From Trichosphaerium sp. ATCC 40318 (lineage: Eukaryota; Protista; Tubulinea), in NCBI GenBank assembly GCA_038496445.1, contig JALMLS010000040.1, forward strand, positions 1 through 35,761: a stretch of 35,761 nt of DNA, given 5' to 3'. Positions 1 to 12,006 of this stretch are shown one piece after another; position 1 is the first letter of the stretch; every line of letters begins with the position of its first letter. The position numbers were made by a program, and so were the translations under genes. The notes beneath the pieces were generated by a model that saw only the letters and a list, made by a program, of their open reading frames with translations, was not told the origin of the DNA and made no database searches.

Positions 1-89
1 AACAGGAAACTTCTAGGAGTCTACTACTGAACAGTTTTGAGTTTGTAGAGTCTTTGAAGGAGTATGTTACTGTTGTCTATGGCCTCTGA
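1..89 (+). CDS. 3' end of a paralog of the hypothetical gene at 9793-11557 (rest lies outside the window)
   Basis: Reads QETSRSLLLNSFEFVESLKEYVTVVYGL*, versus QDTSRSLLLDSFEFVQSLKEFANVVYGL* at 9793-9881 on the minus strand. Confidence 0.7.
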   Translation, partial: QETSRSLLLNSFEFVESLKEYVTVVYGL

Positions 90-286
90 AAGAAACGTTG
101 TAATACATACATGCTCAACTAGTGTAGAGTAAATTGTTTAGTACCATTCACTTGTACCTCAAGCGTGACGTAGCAGTTTCCCTTGTATTTTTCTGTTGAC
201 GCTTTTTGAATGATTCACATCAAAGTCTCAATAACACTATCTAACGCGCAATAGAGCAAAAGCGAGTTCTGCTGAAGTATTTATTA

Positions 287-1156
287 ATGACCAATTGTAC
301 AGCAGACTTTGATTGCTTCAACAACGGCCTTTGCTTCGATAATGAGTGTAAATGTCTATCTGCATACGGAGGGAGTAGGTACGGCTAAGATACGAAGCGT
401 TTGATTAAAAAAAATAGATTTTCCGGTTTGTTTTTCTGCTTTATAACACTAACTATGTTAAAGGTGTGAGTACAAACCGTACGGTTTGATCCTGACTTCG
501 ATCATACTTTTTCTAATTTAATTAAAAGACGCTATATTATGGACGTACAGTGTAGGTATAGGCGCGATATTCATATCATTGCTGGGTAAACAATGTACGT
601 TCTTGTATTGTTATCGTAACGCAAAAAATCGCGTGATTTTAATAATACAATTTACTTTATTATTATCGCAACAAAAAAATCACGTGATTTTTTTGAATAA
701 TACAATTTACTTATTGTATCTCCCACGCGTCACAAGCGTACTGGAGTGCTAGAATCAAATTCTACGCTTGAGAATTTATCACGTGATTTTTTTTAAATTG
801 ATTGGTTTTTTTTTTCTTGTAGATGGCGTATGTACAAAAAGGGTATCTGGGCACTTCAACTGAATGCAAAAACAATGACGATAAAGTCGTTATGGGTGCA
901 CATAACTGTTTACCTTTGTAAGCTAAAGAGCAGTAGCTTCAGTGCTCTAACAATCATGAAAAAGGTACGAAAAAAATACAAAAAGGCATTCTTGCAAGTT
1001 TGTGCCTTCATCGTTTATAAATACGCGTTTTCATGGTGTACAATAATAATGATTACTAATAATTCCAATTTTAGGTATAAACTTGTTGCTGTGAGTTTTA
1101 CGCAAGGGTTTGTATATTTTTTAGCTCTCGCTATATTCAACCTTATGCGTGCGTTT
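287..1156 (+). pseudogene. Deleted pseudo-copy of the EGF/multi-pass membrane gene
   Basis: Starts MTNCTADFDCFNNGLCFDNECKC like the 9307 gene. A donor site is degraded (gtaaga to gtttga, ~484), there is a 1-nt loss giving TAA near 585, and two large internal deletions remove TM exons. Confidence 0.85.
672..695. promoter_or_regulatory. Example of the dispersed CACGTG/A-T-tract motif: perfect 24-bp palindrome CAAAAAAATCACGTGATTTTTTTG
   Basis: Read directly from the sequence. It is one of 42 CACGTG sites found. A regulatory role is inferred from the E-box/CDEI match only. Confidence 0.5.
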
Positions 1157-1540
1157 TGTACCATGGCACCACATGCTTATTTTAAGTTCTACATGCTCTC
1201 AATGGCTTTGAAATCGTTTGTGTTCGATACATAGGTCCAAAGCCTAGTATCAAGCATAAACAAGCAAAAAAGGTTGAGTTTTCCCTTATTTTTCTTAGCT
1301 GGTTTTCGCTGGTCCCAGAACCCTTAAACGGCTTACCGGCTATTACTATTTAGCGACCACCTCTAGTTTGTTGTTTTTTGATCAAATTTTATTGTTAGAC
1401 GTACTACAAGTGTATCCTTAAATAAAAAACTGTTATCTAGTACATTTTTAGGTTATAAACATAGTGTAATTAAGGCACTTGAATGTTTTTTTGGTGACTT
1501 CTACAATATAAAACGTTTTATTTACACAGGTGATTGCTAA

Positions 1541-2242
1541 CTAACCAAAATCATATCTGATTTGTAAAGCACCTGCCAAATAACCAATTGTTGTAGTATA
1601 GTCAGTAACAGTAGCAACGTAGTGAGCATCCTTTATACTAATATCATCGAATCCAAATAAATCTAAGTTCTTTACATCTGCGAGTGGTGGTGTTGAATGT
1701 TTTTCTACTTCTTTCATACCAATAAGCTTCAGAAAGTCCTCACCAGATGGAGGACACTCATTTTTGTTTTTTCCTACTTTATTATGGTTGTGGGTATGTA
1801 AAAAGCCAGTTACTTCAAAAAATCCATTAAGATGTATTGTATGTTCGAATAGCAGATACTCCTTCAACGACAACAATGTGAAAAGCCTCTGTTGGCAATC
1901 ATTAATGTCATTAGAGCATGTTTTGGGGTCTAGAAGAAGCCACGTTTCAGAAGGCATCAAAACTGCGAATCTCTTATGCTTTTGAGATGATGTACGTATC
2001 AAATTATGTTGAAAGGGGTCTCTGAGGTTTCCTCCACTATCTGGTTCCTCTTCAATTTGCCATAACTGTATGTAGTATGATAATGCTCGGGCTACAATGG
2101 GTTTTGAGAGAATTATAGACCGAAAAGCATGAGATACGACCAAACAATCGCTAAGGGTTTCCAAGCTTGTTAAAGCCACTTCTTTTAATATTTCTTGGCG
2201 TATCTCTGGCGGTACATAACCGAATACATCCACTTCAGACAT
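1541..2242 (-). CDS. Intronless F-box-like protein, 233 aa, with an unknown C-terminal domain
   Basis: N-terminal VPPEIRQEILKEV...LSDCLVVSHAFRSII fits the F-box pattern LPxEIxxxIL...xVSxxF. The ORF is uninterrupted. Confidence 0.7.
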   Translation of the reverse strand: MSEVDVFGYVPPEIRQEILKEVALTSLETLSDCLVVSHAFRSIILSKPIVARALSYYIQLWQIEEEPDSGGNLRDPFQHNLIRTSSQKHKRFAVLMPSETWLLLDPKTCSNDINDCQQRLFTLLSLKEYLLFEHTIHLNGFFEVTGFLHTHNHNKVGKNKNECPPSGEDFLKLIGMKEVEKHSTPPLADVKNLDLFGFDDISIKDAHYVATVTDYTTTIGYLAGALQIRYDFG

Positions 2243-2915
2243 ACCTTCCCAGCAGTATTTTTGATGTATCGTTAGTCACGTGACAGAGAAATAGTTTGAC
2301 TGTATAGTAGTAAACTCACCCGTGTTCAGTTTAACTATTGTCACGTGACATGATGTATTTAACTTTGCCTGACATTACTAACACTTGACATAACAAGCAA
2401 GTAGTATTCATCATTGTCAGTGTCATTCAAGTTTGCACAACTTTGCAACTTTTTGCTGTTTTGTATACTACTTTGTGACTTGTGGTTCTCGTGTTTAGTC
2501 AGATCTATCAAAAACTACCAGATCTGATGGATCTCGACGCTTCTGGAGAAAATAAATCCATGTGTACAACCCATGCAGATTATTTAACCAATTTTGTTTT
2601 ATTTGGTACACTAGCGTATGCAGTTCTGTTGGCGTCTCTGATGACCTCTTAGGACCAGTTGTCTCCTATACTCTAAACCAGATTATTACGCTATGCTAAT
2701 ACCGTACACTCAGCGCAAGATACTGTTGGAAGCGCTTGGAATTTTCTTTGAGGTTTAACGTCTACTACTGTTTCGCAAAGTCTCTTGGCCGAAATTTATT
2801 TTTGAGCACGTGATGTGACGGTAAAGAAGTTTCTTAGTTCATCACAATACAGTAATACGAGTTGAAACGAAGCCTAGTAACACTGTACATACTTTGTGAA
2901 GCTAAATTGATAGAT

Positions 2916-3551
2916 ATGACTAATAACCCTCAATATTGTCATCTACTACGTCTACCAGTTGAGCTACAGCTTGATATCATTGATCTAGACATTCAAGTAT
3001 ACGTAAAGTGGGCCATTTTATCAAAACGCACAGCAACGACAACAAGGTTTGATAGCAAGCTTAAAAAGCATGGAAAATGGAAAAGAATAGCAAAAACTCC
3101 GGAATACTCTACTTCTTCTTCTCCTGTTGTACAAACTGCTCTTCAATATTATAGACATGGTAAACGCAATGGTGAGAGTAAGAGGTGGGATGATTATAGC
3201 CGCTTACTTCTCGATTATAACTACGTTGATGGTGTAAGACATGGAGAGTACAAAAAATTTTACAATAATGGAAAATGTCGTATACATACTTGGTTCGTTA
3301 ATGGTAAGTATAATGGCGATTATAAGGAATGGCATAAGAATGGAGTGTTGTCTGTGCATTGTACTTATGTCGATGGTAAGCAACACGGGGAGTTCAAAGA
3401 GTGGTATATGAATGGCGTGCTTGATTATCATAGTTGGTACAAACATGGTAAGAAGCATGGGGAACATAAGGCGTTTTTTTGTGCTGGGCAGATGTATGAT
3501 TGGTGTATATATGTCAATGGTAACAGAGAAGTTGATAAGATGAAGAAGTAG
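2916..3551 (+). CDS. F-box-like + MORN-variant (YwqK-like) repeat protein, intronless
   Basis: LLRLPVELQLDII F-box start is followed by about five 24-aa repeats of the type GKxHGEYKxWYxNG. First in-frame ATG is at 2916. Confidence 0.85.
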   Translation: MTNNPQYCHLLRLPVELQLDIIDLDIQVYVKWAILSKRTATTTRFDSKLKKHGKWKRIAKTPEYSTSSSPVVQTALQYYRHGKRNGESKRWDDYSRLLLDYNYVDGVRHGEYKKFYNNGKCRIHTWFVNGKYNGDYKEWHKNGVLSVHCTYVDGKQHGEFKEWYMNGVLDYHSWYKHGKKHGEHKAFFCAGQMYDWCIYVNGNREVDKMKK

Positions 3552-3861
3552 GCAGCTATCAGCGTCAATGATTTTGTTACAGAGTGAACAGAATCAACCT
3601 TTTTGTTAGTTTAATTTTTATCACTGGATACTTTAATAAATAGACAAGAATGAACTGTTACGACTTGTAAACCAATAAACTAGATAGCTACTTATCACGT
3701 CTACATTCAAGTTCGAAGATGTTGTACAGAGTTGTACGCCCTAAACAGCTAACATCTATCTGCGAAAAAAAAGACTAAAATTTCCGCGAAATAGCAAAAG
3801 TACACATTGAATTGTTTCAAATAAAGTTTATTTACGTAGTACTAAAACACTATTGTCTTAG

Positions 3862-6383
3862 TTATGGCCAACAATAAAAGAGTTGTAAAACGACCAAAAG
3901 AAGCGCTACTGTTGTTGTAAGTGTAGTAGCAGAAGATATTGACTCGGTAGGAGCGGCTGTCATATCAGGTGGGTTCATTGGAGCATCTGTCACTGCTGGT
4001 TCAATAAACGTTTCAGTTGGTGCAAGCGAAGTATCAGGACACGTGTCTACTTCTTCAACAAATGTGACAACAACTTTACTATCCGGACCATCTAGTACTT
4101 TGTGAATAACATACTCTTCGTTTGGTTTAAGCAAAAAAACCACGTACCACTGTTCCCTAACGGAGGATTTTGTGAAAGAACTCTATCACCTAATCCGCCA
4201 CAGAATATTGCATTATCGTTAAGCAGTCCACAATATCTAGGGTTATTTTGAGATGATGATTTACGGGTGAAACGATACAAACCTCATTCTTGGCATTACT
4301 GGGTAGTAAATCAAGTACGCTTGACACATTTCTTCACTTGATGCAGAACCAAATATCACATCTTCGCTTGAGCGTTCAGTGTTGAAAGTGCAGTGTAAGT
4401 TAATACGATCACCACGTGATATTGTATAGTTGACCTCTGAGAACTGTTGGAACGCTATTGGAGAAAGTAAACGACAAAATGTGGCAAGAATCAAGCGCTT
4501 ACCAAAGTCCCAGAAGTCAATACGATTTGAAGATGCAACAACTTTACCATCACGTGTTATGTTTGTGTAAATACTTGAACCTGAGAACAAACAATATTTA
4601 GTTGTTGTCTTTCATATCACATAGTGTGGTGAGACGTACCATACTCATGCATGTGTAAGAAACTACCAATAACTGTAATCTCATCTTCCGCCCATTGGTC
4701 ACTTGTTGTACAAGCAGGAGAGCAACTTGTTTCAGTGTGATGCTATTGTAGCATGTAAGTAAATAGATAGTTTTCCAACAATACTTACAGCAACTGAACC
4801 AGCAGGAATAGGTGGTAGAGCTAAAATAGGATCGCCAATACTGATTATACCAGCTTCAATTGGTCTTACATTTGTAGTTACAAATGCGGCAATGCCAGAG
4901 CTAAATACACATAAGTAAAGAAAAACTGTAGAAACCATACTTATCACGAACACCAGCATCAAGACTTGGATTATCATAATGAATCTCAACTACCAAATCA
5001 GTTGCATCTACTGGTCCACCCATAGGGACACCTGAACAATAGTAAGTACAAAGATAGAGCGATTGGGGAAAACACATACCAACATTTTCAGGGAATTTGT
5101 ATCCTGTAGCGCCTTTTGCCCAAGCCCATACAAGTGTACAACCAACATCACCCTTATCAGAATCTTAGCAAAATACAGGCTGTACTATTTGGTACCTGAG
5201 GCGATTTACACTGAGCACCGGCTCCTCTCCACAACTCAAGTTTTGCACGACCTGCTGGATCTGAAGCCAGTTCTGAACAATCATGAAATAGCATGTGATG
5301 AACGTATTTCTCATTGTCAATCACAGGTTCAAACTATTGATATAAAACGTTATCTCTGAGAAAATACTAGGAATAGTGTGTACCATCAATGCGTGTAACT
5401 TTGTAAGATTAGATAGTTGCCTGTAGTGGCATGAATAAGTTGTGACTTCTGCAGGTATTTCGTAGTCTAGAAAACAAATGAGTTTTAATAAACTATATCT
5501 ACTCTGTACCGCTCATAAGGAATACTTCCTTTGATGTCCCAGATGGTGGTGTGAGAGGTGAGTCACCGAAAAACACAATACCACTAGCAACTAATTTGCG
5601 TAAGGAACTAGTTTCATGGTGTTCTTAGTTTAGAATAAAAAGGTGTACCTCTGTTTTGTCCATGGTACGAGAATACATCATTTGCACCCCAAGCGGCTAC
5701 AACTTTATTTACTCCACTGGTAATAGGGCGATCCTAGAAAGTTGTTAAAAAAGATCCGCTTTCAAGATGACCGAAGTAAAACAAAGTAAAACGAAACGCT
5801 GTACATTTTGATCTTGAGTATCAAGCTTTCTGGTGACCTCAATGATTGTCGTTGTATTGCTCTGCTCACCAGACACTATTTTCCAATGCTGACAAGAGTC
5901 CTTGATTGGTGTAACGCCAGTCTAGACACCAAACTAAGCACAATGCATTTTGTGATATCGCCTTACCTTCGTACAGTACATGTCGCTCACTTCAACTCTT
6001 CCAGTGGTGTCTAAAGCGTATTGTTAGACAAATATTGTAGTACTAAACAGTAACAATAGCGTACCATCAACAAAACCCCAAACCATATCAGAGCCTCCCA
6101 TGCTGAAAAGAACCATTAGTACAGCGCTAACAAAGCCAATTAAATCCACTTACCTTCCACTTGTTGGCTCGCCAATGCCAAAAGAGATGTATCCAGTTGT
6201 CTTGACTTCAAACGCTAAGAAGATGTCTTGGTTTGCTTCATCAACACGCCAATACAAAGTGAAGATATCAGAGGCAAGAGTTTGTTTGTTTGGATATTCT
6301 TGTGGATCAAAAGAAGCCGATACACACAAGTAAGGTATTACACAGAATAGAACAAGTATGAATACTGTTGGAAGTGTTGTCAT
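3862..6383 (-). CDS. DOMON + copper type II ascorbate-dependent monooxygenase (DBH/MOXD1-like), copy 1; multi-exon, with signal peptide and GPI-like tail
   Basis: Spliced exons give DOMON (YWRVD..GYISFGIG..MGGSDMVWG..YHG), the CuH ligands VHHML and EIHYDNP, and the CuM ligands HMH and EEMC. An S/T/P-rich stalk and hydrophobic C-terminus follow. Confidence 0.92.
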
Positions 6384-7640
6384 TGTTATTATTTTTTGAA
6401 TTTATTGTTTTTTCGGTACAACTGTCCGGGACAATCAAAAAGATGTTTTTGTTCACGTGAATCGAAACAATTTTCCCGCAACTTTTTTTCTTTTACTCTT
6501 TAGCGATTGAGTAGAATACCTCATATACTAAAAGATACAGCGATTTAATTTTTTATGGTAACGGGAAATAAAAAAACCCTCTTCTTTTAATATTGTCTTA
6601 AGTCAACTTTTTTTTTTTTTTTGTTCACAACATGTATACGATCCACAGCGTATACTATCGTCGACTATTGGCTTTTAGAAGTAATACAGGGAATATTCCA
6701 ACGCTATTTTTTGGATAAGGACAAGTAATAGCGCCAACAGTTGCGAGTTTATTACAGGGTAACACATTCAACAGTTCTTACTCACGTGTTTGTTTCATAG
6801 ACAACTGAGTGTATGTCCAACAAAAAAAAACAGCCGCTGATCCTTCAACATCAAACTATCTCGGTTGTCGCGTTGCTCTTTATTTCGGTATAAGGCTTCC
6901 TTTTTTTGAGATAAAGGAAATACACGAGACCAAAAACAGTGCCTAACATCACGCACTTGTTAGAGAGATTATCAAACATATTCAAAAAACAAGTACGTAC
7001 TACATAGGCAAATCAACACCAATACACTATGCCAACTATCAGAGCAATTCTGAAGCCCAAGGATCCAAAGTTGATGTTAACTTCTAAGGACAACAAATTA
7101 GAAAACTCACATAGTTAATAGAGATAGAGATTAACCGACAGTAAAAATAGCAGTTACTTTTACTTTTATTTGTCTACGCGCCGGGACTGACCCATTCTTA
7201 AGCGAGCCTACATTGGTGCTCACTAAGGGTTGACATTTGGAGTTGCACCAAACCAATCTTCCACGTGTGTATATGACTAGGACACCAACTACTTGATGGA
7301 CCGTAAAATAGAGCGAGTTTTCTGGGTTATAGATTTGTTGTTGTTTTACTGGAGCTTTTGAATTATTTAGACTGCTAGCATGAATATGGCGGTACTTCAA
7401 AAAATATTAAATCAAAACAGGAACTCGAGTGTTCTCGCTTTATCCCGCCGATTTTCAGCAAAGTTTGTTCCAATTTCTAGTACCTGTTACCCTGTACAAC
7501 TGCAAGCGCCTTGATGTTCTTGTTATCGACAAAATTGAGTACCTTTAGAATCTTCTCATTCTTGAGAAAAGAGTTAAGGTATGTTTCTACCACGCTAAGG
7601 TTACTGCAAATCTGAGTTACATAAACAATTTTTTTTATAT

Positions 7641-9307
7641 TTACATTTCAATCGTTTTTGCTCTCTCAGGCGTCATTGTAAACATTACACCGACTATCAA
7701 ACCAGCTTCCATAAGTCTAAATAACATATGGCTTACTGCATAGAACGTTGTATAATTTTGTCCTGCCTCTTTAGTGATAACAAATGCACGCATAAGGTTG
7801 AATATAGCGAGAGCTAAAAAATATACAAACCCTTGCGTAAAACTCACAGCAACAAGTTTATACACCTAAAATTAGAAGTGTCAGTATTCATTGTTATTGT
7901 GCACGCCCTAAAAACGCATATTTATAAACGGTGAAGGCACAAGCTTGCAAGAATGCCTTTTAGTATTTTTTTTCGTACCTTTTTCATGATTGTGTTAAGT
8001 GCGCTGAAGCTACTGCTCTTTAGCTTCGAGTATGCTATCCATCCACTAAATGCGAATATAACGCCACAAATCAACACTAAAATAACTGTATAACCCCAGT
8101 AAAAGTAATCTAAGACACCAGATGAATCAGTTCTCCGAAGAAGGCCAACAGTAAGTTCAACTATGAGTAACACTTTTTTTGCATGAAAAGATTAGTGGGA
8201 TGTTCTACTCAACTGAATCAATTTACCTACTAGCGATGCCCAACACATCCATAATAAAAAGTGTCGAGTAATTAAATTAGGTCTTGGTTCGAATAGAGCC
8301 CTACAAGGTTGTAAACAAACAAAAATCGACGAAGACTAAAGTGGAAGAAACGAAAAAATTTCGTACAACAGTCTTGAGGTGAGTACAAAGCATGCAAATA
8401 AGGCAGCGTTACCTACTGCCCAGAATATTGCAGATACCCACAAAGGTAAATAATTATGTACATGAAAGGGATCAATAAGTTGGAAGAATGCTCTTGCTGA
8501 ACAAAGATTAATAAAAGAAAAACTAATTTAACAAAAATTGCTCAAAAACTTTGAACTTCCGGACAGCAAGTCAGGACGTTGACGCGATAATGATTTTTCT
8601 ATTCAAAAAAATAACATCGTGCGTAAATAAATACACTGCCAACTGTCTCGATACTGTATGAGGCTGGAATTTGAATGCAAAAGCAGTTACGTTTTGTATT
8701 TATCATAAAAACTCGCCTTACCGAAACAAAGAATCATGATAGCCACCCATAACGACTTTATCGTCATTGTTTTTGCATTTAGCTGAAGCGCCCAGATACC
8801 CTTTTTGTACATACGCCATCTACAAGAAAAAAAAAACCAATCAATTAAAAAAAAATCACGTGATAAATTCTCAAGCGTAGAATTTGATTCTAGCACTCCA
8901 GTACGCTTGTGACGTGTAAGAGATACAACAAGTAAATTGTATTATTAAAATCACGTGATTTTATGCGTTACGATAATAATAAAAGAAGGTACATTGTTAA
9001 CCCCAGCAATAATATGAATATCGCGCCTATACCTACACTGTACGTCCATAATATAGCGTCTTTTAATTAAATTAGAAAAAGTATGATCGAAGTCAGGATC
9101 TTACCGTACGGTTTGTACTCACACCTTTAACATAGTTAGTGTGCGTTATAAAGCAGAAAAACAAACCGGAATATCTATTTTTTTTTAAATCAAACGCTTC
9201 GTATCTTAGCCGTACCTACTCCCTCCGTATGCAGATAGACATTTACACTCATTATCGAAGCAAAGGCCGTTGTTGAAGCAATCAAAGTCTGCTGTACAAT
9301 TGGTCAT
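7641..9307 (-). CDS. EGF-like domain + multi-pass (probably 7TM, TOM1/THH1/GPR137-like) membrane protein; 3' end uncertain
   Basis: Exons give CTADFDCFNNGLCFDNECKCLSAYGGSRCEY (6-Cys EGF), then several hydrophobic helices including RAFFQLIDP, YWGYTVILVLICGVIFAFSG and FYAVSHMLFRLMEAGLIVGVMF. The family assignment is inference. Confidence 0.75.
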
Positions 9308-9792
9308 TAATAAATACTTCAGCAGAACTCGTTTTTGCTCTATTGCGCGTTAGATAGTGTTATTGAGACTTTGAGGAATTCTTCATAGCCCTTTCTTGGA
9401 CATTATAATTCAAAAAACGTTTTGAGATTACCCAAGAGGGGTAAGATAAGTACCTCAAGCGTGATGTAGAAGTTTTTCCCTTTTATTGTTCTGTTGACGC
9501 TTTTTGAATGATTCACAACGGCACCTTTGTAAATCCAAGTTGTTTCTTTTCCAAACTAGTATCTATAACATCAGATTATGTGATTCATGATTTGGTTTTA
9601 AAGGTACGGAATGTTACAGCAGGTACGAACATGTAATAGTCTTGTGCTATGTTTGTTGAAACACTTGCCTACTTATGTTTTCTATTAATAACGGAATACA
9701 AGCTACAGGTATTGGACTATAGTTGCTCAAGTGAATGGTACTAAACAATTTATTCTACACTAGTTGAGCATGTATGTATTACAACGTTTCTT

Positions 9793-11557
9793 TCAGAGGC
9801 CATAGACAACATTAGCAAACTCCTTCAAAGACTGTACAAACTCAAAACTGTCCAATAGTAGACTCCTAGAAGTGTCCTGTTGGAAGAACAAGCATTGAAC
9901 ACGCTCCTCGGCTTGCAACGTGCGTTGTACAAAGTCACACGCGGTGTTCCAACTGTCTTGGTGATCTTTGTCAACGGTCAAGTAATCCTCACTCTTGCTG
10001 ATTGTTACCCAACTGGAATGAAAATAAGTATCGTGGATCAAAGAGGAAAATAAAAAACTGGACATTATCGTACTTCTTAATAGCTTTACGGACACTCTGT
10101 TTATCACTGGCCTTACAATTTTTGTAAGGCTTAAGTAGCAACATGCAACAATAGAACCATTCAGTGTTGCTAAAAAATCAAAAGACGTAAGTAGAGATGT
10201 TCACAAAAATGATTTGAGTGAGTTTTTTTTTGCTCGTACAACACTTCAAAGCCCTTTTTAGTCTTGCTTTTTCTTACACCCAATTCGAGAATCTACAAAC
10301 AAAAATTGGATTCTGTTTTTTATTGAACTTAACGTACCACTGCGAGCACTAACACAAATAGAGCACTTTTGTTGGATTTGCCTAAGAGCTTACGCATGTT
10401 TTCTGAAGCATAGCATGAGCAACAAGAAACACGTCTTTTTGAAGATTTGGTAGAATACCAAACGTACTTGAGGTTTCTGGTACTACGATTTCAGGAGTTG
10501 GTAAAGGAATCTTTGGTTTTAGCGCAGTGTCGGTCTTAACTTGCGGTATATTTGGAATTTCTGAAAGAAGGCTCTCAACTAAACGTTGGTTAGTTAGATA
10601 TGACAAAATAAAAGAAGTCCCGTTTGCTTCAAGCTGAAATAAATGCAAACAACAAATATTGTCAGGTCATGTCGGATGTTAACGCTTTCTTTCGCAAGTA
10701 AAATAGTGAAAAAAAAAAAGTACAGCGCAACTTTTCAAAAACCCAGCCCCACAAAATGAGCTTACGCTTCATTTTGCTTATAAAATGAGCAGTTTCAACA
10801 TGAGGCTAAAAAGGTGCAAAAACCGGATAGATTATGAAGAAGTGTTAGTCCTGAACATACTTACCAAACATACGTGAGGTTTCTGGTACTACGATTTCAG
10901 TAGTTGCTAAAGGAATCTTGCTTTTTGGTTTTCCTAGATCAGTGGTCTGAACTGGCGATATTTTTGGAATTTCTGTATACAAGATTCGTTATTACACATT
11001 GGAGTAAGGTAGATAATACAAATGTTGTTTGTTCGAACAAGAAGTTGTGTATCGAACAAAAAAATTTTCCTCATAGCATTGTTCGAAAAAAGTTCGAACA
11101 AAACAAATCACGTGATGGAGTGAATACCTTTAAACGTCTTCGGGAGTGATAGCGGTTTTCCTCTACAAACTTTTCTTTTTTTTGGTTTCGGTCCATTTTG
11201 AGCACTACTTCTTTTGCGCTTTTTCTGCTCCTCTACGTGGACAGGAGATGAATTGTACGGTAGTATGTTCGTATGTTCATCATGGATTGTTGCTTTAGTC
11301 TGTGGCGCTAGAATAAGACCAGGAAACAGCTCTTCAGGATCTACAACATCAGTTTTAAAAACCGTAAATAAAAAAGACAATAAAGCTTACTCAGGTCTGG
11401 TTCTTTATACACAACGTCCTGTTCCATGTTGGTGTCTGCGTATGTAGGCTGTTCGAACACCTAAACTCTTACAACATTGAGCTGTATTTATACGTACTAT
11501 TTGCGTTTGAGAGTTATACGTTGTGTTTAGACATGTCATTTCGTCATAGGTTGCCAT
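9793..11557 (-). CDS. Hypothetical multi-exon protein with a bipartite NLS-like stretch
   Basis: Spliced reading MATYDEMTCLNTTYNSQTQI|VFEQPTYADTNMEQDVVYKEPDL|NPEELFPG...KKRKRSSAQNGPKPKKRK... ends at VVYGL*. The last exon is conserved in the paralog at 1-89. Internal exon structure is partly unresolved. Confidence 0.65.
10468..10972 (-). repeat. Tandemly duplicated symmetric exon (10874-10972, 99 nt; 10468-10560, 93 nt)
   Basis: EIPKISPVQTTDLGKPKSKIPLATTEIVVPETS versus EIPNIPQVKTDTALKPKIPLPTPEIVVPETS. Both have the form cag|AAATTCC...ACCTCAx|gta and are phase 1-1. Confidence 0.75.
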
Positions 11558-12006
11558 TACTACTGAGTTTTTATGATCTTGTTTACAGTGTAATAAAGTA
11601 AACTTTGAAAAAGAGGCAGTTTTCAGTACCCATTTGTATTATCTTAACAATGTTAGCGTGACAAGGTAATTCGGTGAACTACCACTTGGGTGTGGAACAC
11701 TGTTCAATATCGTTGAAAAAAAACAACCTAAGTTTGTTTGCTTGCTAAGATAATCAGAATATGATACCATTCTGTTGTAGTACACTAGAGGTTTTAGGCA
11801 ACAAATAAAACACAGTTTTTCAGCGGAGTTTATTATATCACGTGATGAAATGAGATTAATATCTTCTGTAAGTACTCCCTAATTTTACCACCGAGGTTGT
11901 CCCTCCTGAACCAAGGCGCTAGGAAAAGTGTATCAAAAGAAAGTATGTGAATAAAAGTTCGTTACAGTTCTATTTGTTCAATTCCTACTTTGTTTTTTTT
12001 CCACAG

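Larger units (their letters stand above)
1..1156. repeat. Rearranged inverted segmental duplicate of ~7785-9881
   Basis: 1-154 matches the reverse complement (RC) of ~9728-9881. 155-218 is a direct copy of ~9451-9517. 220-898 matches RC ~8745-9373. ~900-918 matches RC ~8441-8460. 920-1156 matches RC ~7785-8026. Introns are retained. Confidence 0.9.

Noticed and set aside
830-1234. 134-aa ORF as a real gene
   Set aside because: It runs across deletion junctions and a retained intron of the pseudo-copy.
2503-2760. Two exon-like segments between the F-box and MORN genes
   Set aside because: There is no consistent frame, start codon or recognisable motif. It may be gene debris.
2916-3551. Bacterial toxin-antitoxin (YwqK) system or diversity-generating retroelement target
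   Set aside because: There is no toxin partner, no reverse transcriptase, and no template/variable repeat pair with adenine-specific mismatches.
5808-6333. Antisense ORFs conserved between monooxygenase copies (also 16780-17025)
   Set aside because: The conservation is explained by near-identical DNA from conversion on the opposite-strand gene.
6950-7620. Extra 3' exons of the EGF-membrane gene or a separate small gene
   Set aside because: I could not build a convincing spliced frame by eye.
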